Virus record (IMG/VR): IMGVR_UViG_637000224_000001
Span: 13,351 to 77,350 of that record
Reading direction: 5' to 3' (one strand)
From: a virus
Lineage: Duplodnaviria > Caudoviricetes
Length of the DNA stretch: 64,000 nucleotides
Each line of letters opens with the position of its first letter. The first letter of the stretch is position 1. Positions 57,478-64,000 of this stretch are shown piece after piece. The translations under genes were made by a program, and so were the position numbers. The notes under the pieces were generated by a model, which was not told the origin of the DNA, did no database searches, and saw nothing but the letters and a program-made list of their open reading frames with translations.

Positions 57478-57969
57478 TTATTCTTCGCCAGTTGTTTCCG
57501 AAGAGCTTATGCCATACATCTTAAATATCTCGTATTCCGCAATAACGGGATGCAATGACGGGAACCTCAGTAACCACTGGCCGAACATAATCGTGAATAT
57601 CTTGTGAAGTTCAATAGACTCGGATGCAACGCGCATACAAATCTCTTTTATATGCTCGCGGCCTCCTTGCGCAGACCAGTCGGTTTCAACCAAGCGATGA
57701 ACGACCATGTGCCGCTCCTCAATATAGCGAAGAATTCTATCTTCGAGCCCGCTAACTTCTGCCGCGCCAGAAATCTCTTTCAACAGTGCCTTCACCGGTT
57801 GTTTGAATGCCCTACGCGGACTGATGGAAACAACGTCCTCAATCGTAACTACGTCAGCTTGCTTTATTGCGTGGCGTGCGGCCAAGACGAACATCTTTTC
57901 GAACGCCTGCGAACTTAATACCGCCACACCAACAGCCTCACACAATGTTTCATCTAGGATCGCTTCCAC
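57478..57969 (-). CDS. HEPN-like cargo protein
   Basis: G.AVLSSQAFE N-terminal helix and ERHMVVH (Rx4H). Confidence 0.6.
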   Translation of the reverse strand: MEAILDETLCEAVGVAVLSSQAFEKMFVLAARHAIKQADVVTIEDVVSISPRRAFKQPVKALLKEISGAAEVSGLEDRILRYIEERHMVVHRLVETDWSAQGGREHIKEICMRVASESIELHKIFTIMFGQWLLRFPSLHPVIAEYEIFKMYGISSSETTGEE

Positions 57970-58089
57970 ACTGAGCTCCTTGGCTCTACTCGCCGTAAAA
58001 AAAAGATCACTATATACCTAACGCGCCTTATTCCAGCCCTTCCCCTTCTATCCACATGCCTGCCGGTGATCGGCGGGCGAGGAAAAGTC

Positions 58090-58314
58090 ATGACCGAAAG
58101 AATTCCTTGCTCGGAATACGACGCATCAAGCGATCGCTGCCAGAGCGGATTTCCTGTACTGCATTCCATATGCCGCGGCATGCCCAGCGGATGCCACTCA
58201 TGTGGCGCACCAGGAACCATGCCGATGTGCTTGCGCGAAGACCTCCCGCCTCACTTGATGTGCGATGACGGCATGCCGCTCGGCTGGCCTGAGAAATCAC
58301 TACGCCCTACATGA
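58090..58314 (+). CDS. Small Cys-rich protein
   Basis: Start ATG 58090 after GAGG; seven Cys in 74 aa. Confidence 0.55.
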   Translation: MTERIPCSEYDASSDRCQSGFPVLHSICRGMPSGCHSCGAPGTMPMCLREDLPPHLMCDDGMPLGWPEKSLRPT

Positions 58315-58540
58315 TCGTGAAAATCAGCTCCCCTCTGTCGGTCATGGCCATGCCGTACTTGAGCCGGCCCAGGTACTGCTCGTGCATTGAGTAGACCCGG
58401 TCATCGATGATTCTGAAAATGAGGGTCCTGCCCGACCATATGTTGCCGTCAGCGCCGCGCTGACCCAGCTTGGCGTTATACGGCCCGTAAACCTCGTTCG
58501 TGGCTGTGGTGCATTCCATGACCTCTCCTTGGTGCTGCAC
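58307..58540 (-). CDS. Paralog of 45000 antisense protein
   Basis: IFRIIDDRVYSMH.QYLGRLKYGMAMTDRGELIF shared. Confidence 0.7.
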   Translation of the reverse strand: MQHQGEVMECTTATNEVYGPYNAKLGQRGADGNIWSGRTLIFRIIDDRVYSMHEQYLGRLKYGMAMTDRGELIFTIM

Positions 58541-58637
58541 CAGCTCCTGCTGGCTGCGTGGACCATCGCAGTGATCAGGAGCGCCTGCCGGATATCCCCT
58601 TCCCTACAGAGCCTGCCGGTGATCGACGGGCGGAGAT

Positions 58638-59105
58638 GTGCGCATGAGCAAAGCACCTATTGAGCCCCAGGACTACCTGTACGGCGTCAAGGTAGTTCAG
58701 ATCGAAGACCTTCGGGTAGCGCGCGGGCTGACTCGCCGGCCAGCATCAGCCTGCAAGCACAAGAAACTGGTTTACGACCACAACGAGCGGCGCGTCTGGT
58801 GCAGCGACTGCGAGGCGGAGGTCGAGGCCTTTGACGCGTTTTTGGGGTTGGTCGAGGTGTTCAGCGCCGGAATGAACAACCTCGCGCGGCGCCGCAGCGA
58901 ATTGGATGAGGCGGAAAAATTCCAGATCCGTAGCCGGGCAGCCAAGGTAATGGACGACGCCTGGCGCAGCACAAAACTGGCCCCGCTTTGCCCGCACTGC
59001 AATACCGCGATCCTGCCCGAAGACGTAGCGGGCGGAGTCGCCAAAACATCCAAAGCCCTGGTGAGTGCCGCACGTAAACGCCAAGGCCAGAAAAAACCGA
59101 TTTAA
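58638..59105 (+). CDS. Zn-binding protein, paralog of 45331
   Basis: Near identical translation. Confidence 0.75.
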   Translation: MRMSKAPIEPQDYLYGVKVVQIEDLRVARGLTRRPASACKHKKLVYDHNERRVWCSDCEAEVEAFDAFLGLVEVFSAGMNNLARRRSELDEAEKFQIRSRAAKVMDDAWRSTKLAPLCPHCNTAILPEDVAGGVAKTSKALVSAARKRQGQKKPI

Positions 59106-59185
59106 CCCCTTCCGCCGCCCAGCGCGGCCCACACTCATTTCAATATCTAACAATGGCGGTCCTGAGCGGGCTGCAGGAGCTACTT

Positions 59186-59401
59186 ATGGACGAAATTCAC
59201 TTTCTGTCCCATGAAGAGGTATGCACTCTAACCGGTGCCAAAACAAAAGCCGGGCAAATAACGGTGTTAAAGCGAAACGGGATTCGGCACACGATCAAAA
59301 GAAGTGGTTGGCCGTGCGTCATAGCATCGGCGCTGACTGGCGAAGCCGTGACCACCACGACTTCAGGCAGACCTAAATGGCAGCCACGGCTGGTGGGATA
59401 A
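59186..59401 (+). CDS. Excisionase-like (DUF4224), copy 2
   Basis: Near identical to 45879. Confidence 0.8.
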   Translation: MDEIHFLSHEEVCTLTGAKTKAGQITVLKRNGIRHTIKRSGWPCVIASALTGEAVTTTTSGRPKWQPRLVG

Positions 59402-60436
59402 ATGGGAAGGAAGCCGATTAATCCCGACATCGTCACACGCCTCAGAAAGCGTAAACAGCGCAGCGGGGTCGTCTATTACTACTATGACATCGGAGGTTCA
59501 CCGCGAAAGGAAATCCCACTGGGCTCTGACTATGGCATGGCGATCGTCGAGTACGCCAAGCTGGAGAAGAGCCGAACATCATCGGCTCTCGTACAGCAGG
59601 TGCTGACCTTCGCGTATGTCGCGGAGAAGTACATGATAGAGGTCGTGCCGACCAAAAGCCCGGCAACGCAGAAAGACAACGCCAGGGAGCTGAAGCAGCT
59701 TCTGAAGTTCTTCGACGATCCGCCAGCACCGCTGGAAGCGATCGAACCTCAACACGTCGTGCAGTACCTGCGCCAGCGCGGCAAGACTGCCCCTGTACGA
59801 GCAAACAGAGAGAAAGCGCTACTGAGTGCTATCTGGAATTTTGCAATGAGCGCCGGCTACACGGCGCTGGCCAACCCGTGCGCGGGCGTCAAGGGTCACA
59901 AGGAAGTTGGGCGAGACCATTACATCGAGGACGAAATGTTTGCTCTGGTTTACAGCCACGCAGAACAGCCGTTGCGCGATGCTCTGGACCTATTCTATCT
60001 GACCGGGCAACGGATCGCGGACACGCTGAAAATGGATGAGCGCGATATACGCGACGGCCGGCTATGGGTTCAGCAAGGCAAGACGAATGCAAAAAGGAGG
60101 ATTGAAATTACAGGTGAGCTGAAGGTGGTCATTGACCGCATTATGACCAGAAAGGAAGGACACAGGATCCGGACCTCCAGGCTGATCGTTATGGATAACG
60201 GCCAGCCCATGACGAGCAGTATGTTGCGGGAAAGATTTGACGCGGCACGCGAGGCGGCCGGTGTGGAGAAGGGAGAATTTCAGATGCGAGACCTGCGAGC
60301 GAAAGCCGGCACGGATAAGGCTGAGTCGAGCGGCGATATCCTTCAAGCTCGCGATCAGCTCGGGCACACCACCGTGGTGATGACCGAGAACTACATCCGC
60401 AAAAGGATCGGGAAAAAGGTCACTCCAACCAAGTGA
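59402..60436 (+). CDS. int: Tyrosine integrase 2
   Basis: 344 aa, intact, about five substitutions versus integrase 1. Confidence 0.95.
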   Translation: MGRKPINPDIVTRLRKRKQRSGVVYYYYDIGGSPRKEIPLGSDYGMAIVEYAKLEKSRTSSALVQQVLTFAYVAEKYMIEVVPTKSPATQKDNARELKQLLKFFDDPPAPLEAIEPQHVVQYLRQRGKTAPVRANREKALLSAIWNFAMSAGYTALANPCAGVKGHKEVGRDHYIEDEMFALVYSHAEQPLRDALDLFYLTGQRIADTLKMDERDIRDGRLWVQQGKTNAKRRIEITGELKVVIDRIMTRKEGHRIRTSRLIVMDNGQPMTSSMLRERFDAAREAAGVEKGEFQMRDLRAKAGTDKAESSGDILQARDQLGHTTVVMTENYIRKRIGKKVTPTK

Positions 60437-60551
60437 ATTCTGCACCGCAATTACTTTTACCCCCTTGAATTTAAAGGGCTGCAAGGCAGGTAATTAACGT
60501 GTCATGCGGTGCAGGATTACTGCTAACCAGCTGTTTATAAAGGATAAATTT

Positions 60552-60610
60552 ACGGACTTAAAATCCCTCTTCCTTTGGACGTGCCGGTTCGACCCCGGCT
60601 CGGGGCACCA
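60552..60610 (+). repeat. att core: second tRNA-Leu(TAA) 3' fragment
   Basis: 58/59 identical to 47245-47303. Confidence 0.92.
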
Positions 60611-60757
60611 CATATATAAAGGGCTTACCGGGCATTTTGCCGGGTAGGCCCTTTTTGTTTTGGTTCGCAAAACAGTCATGGTGCGCAATTCCTAAAAAAT
60701 GCCTTCTCCGGCGTCCTGCCGACGAACACCACTCCCCAAATCTGAAAGACTCAAATA

Positions 60758-60773
60758 CTGTATTTTTATACAG
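60758..60773. promoter_or_regulatory. LexA (SOS) box
   Basis: CTGTATTTTTATACAG = CTGT-N8-ACAG; homologous site at 47452 is one base short. Confidence 0.85.
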
Positions 60774-60792
60774 AATTTGAGGATCCCCCATC

Positions 60793-60981
60793 ATGAACAT
60801 CGACTACGCCGAAGACTGGCCGTTCTGCCCCACGGAGGAGCAGATGCTTAAACAGCACGCTCACCTGGTGGCGGAAGAAAACAGACTGCTGCGCGACGAG
60901 GTCGACCGATATCGCAAACGTCACGAAGCTCATCGACATGCACAGCTGATGCGGCGCTCGAGCGTGACAAGCTCCGAATAA
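60793..60981 (+). pseudogene. SOS-type phage end gene, 3' end probably deleted
   Basis: MNIDYAEDWPFCPTEEQMLKQHAH...; paralog of 47486. Confidence 0.6.
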
Positions 60982-61013
60982 AGCTGAGAGACGCGGACAG
61001 CCGGATATCTGAT

Positions 61014-61115
61014 CCTTGACCGTCGAGTCCTGCGGCACGCCTGCAGCCAGGTACAGGCCCATGCGCGAAGTGATTACGGTTTTACTCAGGTCAATCGTGC
61101 CGCGCTGCGTTTCCA
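61014..61115 (-). repeat. Tail-gene fragment duplicated at 61881-61991
   Basis: Both encode ET.RGTIDL..TVITSRMGLYLAAGVPQDSTV on the minus strand. Confidence 0.8.
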
Positions 61116-61128
61116 TGCGGCGCACTCT

Positions 61129-61342
61129 AAACAACCGCAAGTTTCCTGGAGACTTCAGAGCACCATCTCTTACAGGATGGTTTCCGCCGCACCTCCGATG
61201 GACACGAAGCATTGGTGGCTTCATCGCACGAGCAACACCCGTTATAGGATGGTCATATACTGCATACGAGCTTGGCAAAATAGGTTACGTAACGGTGAAC
61301 GCCTACAACGCTATCGTAGATGAACAAGATCAGGTTTTTTAA
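61129..61342 (+). pseudogene. 3' fragment of STM2901-like gene
   Basis: KFP...PSLTGW...IGGFIARATPVIGW...YNAIV resembles the STM2901 C-terminus as I recall it; no start. Confidence 0.5.
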
Positions 61343-61344
61343 AA

Positions 61345-61770
61345 ATGGATAGAAGCCATCTAAACCATGAGGTAGTTGACTATCTCGTAGAGAGAATCTA
61401 CTTTTATGTTGGATTTGGCCGAAAAGCATTCGAGACTCTCAGCCTCGCTACAAGAGTCAGTTGGGATCTAGGGCTTGACGGTGACGACGCAAGTGACTTT
61501 ATGCAAGATTTTTTCGAACACTTTGGCGTTGACCCCGGTGACTACGACCACTATCGTTACTTCAAGACAGAAGGGACTGACATTTTCGTATTCTTCAGAT
61601 CTAAAGATCGGCGCGCAAAGACTGTAATGACATTAGGCATGCTGTATAACGCAGCCCAAACCAAGGCATGGGACTGCGAAACTCTTGAAAAGATTAACTT
61701 TAGCACTTTACCAATTTATAACTGTACCGAAGAAATTCCTATTGAGGGTTTTAGCATAAACACCAGGTGA
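61345..61770 (+). CDS. DUF1493-family protein
   Basis: DLGLDGDDASDFMQDFFEHFGVD, YFKTEG, TLGMLY. Confidence 0.72.
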   Translation: MDRSHLNHEVVDYLVERIYFYVGFGRKAFETLSLATRVSWDLGLDGDDASDFMQDFFEHFGVDPGDYDHYRYFKTEGTDIFVFFRSKDRRAKTVMTLGMLYNAAQTKAWDCETLEKINFSTLPIYNCTEEIPIEGFSINTR

Positions 61771-61859
61771 TATTTATATTAAAGGATGGCTGAGCAGAAG
61801 CATACATGACTGAGCTCGTTCAAAAGCGCTCCTCATGCTCGGTATAAATATTTAAACCT

Positions 61860-62225
61860 TGCGAATCCCGAACCGTGCGGCCTTGACCGTCGAGACCGTC
61901 GAGTCCTGCGGCACGCCTGCAGCCAGGTACAGGCCCATGCGCGAGGTAATTACGGTTTCACTCAGGTCAATCGTGCCGCGCGGTGTTTCCAACGCCCCGG
62001 AAAAGCTGGCCGACATGGTGAAAGGCTCTTGGTACTTGCCATCGACCGATAGTAGAACGTGGACGAAGCACCGCTGACCGTCTTGGTGATGGTCAACTCA
62101 GCCTCTCAAGCCAGAATGCCGCACGACGAACCAATGATTTCCACCGCCGACACCATTTCGATAATGTCGCCGGCCGCCAGGTTGGCCTGCACCACGTTGG
62201 CCGTGGGTTGCATGTAGATGTAGCA
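61860..62225 (-). pseudogene. Fragment of tail-associated protein C-terminus (possibly SGNH-hydrolase tail family)
   Basis: LAAGDIIEMVSAVEIIGSS...KYQEPFTM...GTIDL; interrupted. Confidence 0.5.
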
Positions 62226-62228
62226 GCA

Positions 62229-63018
62229 CGCGCTGATCCAGACGGAAACCATCGATGTCCTCTTCCGCAGGTGAAAGCTCGCAAGGTGGCCATTCGCGAA
62301 GAGATCGTTCTGAAAGCGAAAGCAGCGCTGCGTGATCACCTGGACAACATCAACACCTCGTTCGGCGGCAAGGTGCGGCTGCTGGAGATCCCCGCAGACT
62401 TCGCCGGCGCGATCAAAGGCAAAAAAAATATCGCCAGTCTGCGTGACGCCGCCGACTCTGAACTGGCCCGGGCCAAGATCGAGGCCAGCCAGATCGGTGA
62501 CGGCATCCGCGCCAACCTGGAAAGCTTGCGCTCGCTCGCCGTGGATCATCCGTTTCTGTTCAACGATGCTCAGCAGATCGTGCTCAAGAACAATGATGAC
62601 CTGGTAGCCCTCATCAAGGTGCGGATCAACGAGCACAAACAGGCCGAGGAAGCGAAAGAGCTGGCGCAGCGTGAACGTATTCGTGCTGAAGAATCAGCGA
62701 AGCTTGCGGCTGCCGCCGAAGCGGAACAAGTTGCCGAAGCGGAAAAGGCAAAAGCCAACGCGCCCGCGCCGCAAGCTGCTGAGGCACCCAAACCAGTCGA
62801 ACAACCAGCTCCGAGAATGTCGGCCGTCGCCCCATCTACGAAGGTGCCGCCCAAGCCGACAAAGCTCGAAGCGAACGTCACCGACCTTCATGCGCTGGTG
62901 AAGGTCGGGCGCCGATATCGGTCCTCACAGTGAACTGGGGCGCGCTGGACGACCTGGTCCATATTCAAGGCGCTGATTTCCAAATGGACGGAGTAACCAT
63001 CACGCAGGTGACAGCATG
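62229..63018 (+). pseudogene. Third YqaJ fragment with internal deletions and frameshift
   Basis: Matches 35765-36621; 13-bp deletion at GAA microhomology near 62900. Confidence 0.85.
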
Positions 63019-63375
63019 ATGACCACCGAACTAAGTACCGTCCAGGCCAACCGCGCAAAGTCGTCCGAGCTGTCCGAGGCCTTAAACGAGTTCCAGCGCA
63101 GCGGTGGAACGGTGCGCGACATGGGGTCGTTTCAGGTCGCGCCCCGCCCACCGCGTAAAGAGTCACCACCCCGCAAGCCCCGCTACAACGGCGCGGATCA
63201 CCGGAAGTATGTCGAGGGGGAAAAGGATCTGGCGTTACTCAAGCGTATCGAGGCGATGCGCGGCCTGGGCGTCAGCCATTTCAAGGCCGAGAAGCTGACC
63301 GGGATCAACCGCACCGTCATCAAGCGAATCGTTCAGCAGTACAGCGTGGACTACCCCAGCAGCCGGGCGAAATGA
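63016..63375 (+). CDS. HTH protein, paralog of 36618
   Basis: MMTTELS...EFQRSGGTV...GVSHF.AEK.TGINRT. Confidence 0.75.
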   Translation: MMTTELSTVQANRAKSSELSEALNEFQRSGGTVRDMGSFQVAPRPPRKESPPRKPRYNGADHRKYVEGEKDLALLKRIEAMRGLGVSHFKAEKLTGINRTVIKRIVQQYSVDYPSSRAK

Positions 63376-63456
63376 AGCGCCTGCAAATGCGCGTCCGCCA
63401 CGGCAGAAGCCAGCATCACATTCACTTGCCGCCCAGCGGCTTACAGGAGCGGTTTA

Positions 63457-63810
63457 ATGGCGATGGATCAAAAAGAGCGATCAGCCAAGACGGCGCTGAA
63501 GCGGAAACTGGTCGCCGAGAAAGAGCTGCGCCACCGGGTTAGGCCTGGCATTGAGCAGGCCCTGAATCGGGTTCGCCAGCGCGGCAAGATGCCCATCGTC
63601 AGCGAGGTCTTGCAGATAGCGATCATGAAGATGGATTTGATGGATGATGAAGAGCTTGATGCCTTTCTGACTTATCCGCGCCACGAAATCGTAGTTAGCG
63701 AATCCGTGGCGCGGGCAATCTACGACGCGGGCGTCAGGAACATCCTGAGCGCCGACCAAGACGAATCAGACGAGGTCATCTCACCGCTCGCCATCAATTG
63801 CTGCGACTGA
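63457..63810 (+). CDS. Hypothetical phage protein, paralog of 37062
   Basis: ELRHRVRPG, YPRHEIVVSE. Confidence 0.7.
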   Translation: MAMDQKERSAKTALKRKLVAEKELRHRVRPGIEQALNRVRQRGKMPIVSEVLQIAIMKMDLMDDEELDAFLTYPRHEIVVSESVARAIYDAGVRNILSADQDESDEVISPLAINCCD

Positions 63811-64000
63811 GCTGAACGTTCTGGCTGATGCAATTGATGTTAGTCACCGTGCCCATGAAAGCATTCATCTGCACAGAGCACTTTTCAATATTCAGGCCGT
63901 TTCTGCCATCGCTTGAGATGTTGGTCACGTAAGGCCCTGCGGTTGAACAGCCAGCCAACACGGCTACGGCGGCAAATAAAGCAAAAATCGACTTCTTCAA
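63794..64000 (-). CDS. Small lipoprotein (antisense cargo)
   Basis: Lipobox LAGC; start at window edge. Confidence 0.7.
   Translation of the reverse strand: MKKSIFALFAAVAVLAGCSTAGPYVTNISSDGRNGLNIEKCSVQMNAFMGTVTNINCISQNVQLSRSN

Larger units (their letters stand above)
47304..60610. mobile_element. Element 2: 13.3 kb defective prophage / satellite-like island with intact xis-int
   Basis: Bounded by two att cores; collinear with the early region of prophage 1; no structural, replication or cI genes. Confidence 0.9.
60611..64000. mobile_element. Element 3: decayed prophage remnant (continues right)
   Basis: Same left-end sequence as element 2, tail and YqaJ fragments, paralogs of 36618 and 37062. 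Confidence 0.8.

Overview
The window is a tandem array of three related Pseudomonas-type lambdoid elements integrated at a tRNA-Leu(TAA) gene. The host genus is inferred from gene families and a CTGT-N8-ACAG LexA box. (1) 1-47303 is a near-complete siphovirus prophage. Reading leftward from the immunity region are cro, cII-like, replication (with iterons), nin, Q-like, terminase, head and tail genes. Reading rightward are cI, RecT/YqaJ, DNA methyltransferases, xis and int. It also carries an Acb2-like anti-CBASS gene and an HslV-like protease. (2) 47304-60610 is a 13.3 kb element with intact int/xis and att arms but no structural, replication or repressor genes. It carries several defence-like cargo genes. 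(3) 60611-64000 is a further decayed remnant. Only displaced 59-bp tRNA 3' fragments are in the window; the intact tRNA is not. The most striking unexplained structure is in the early regions. Conserved leaders of rightward phage genes contain a leftward promoter-like element (TGGCRW-N17-TATWRN) 29-39 bp ahead of interchangeable, unrelated antisense cargo genes (DUF2971-like, HEPN-like), which looks like a fixed-promoter plug-in slot system. Family names come from motif recognition and memory; no database searches were run.
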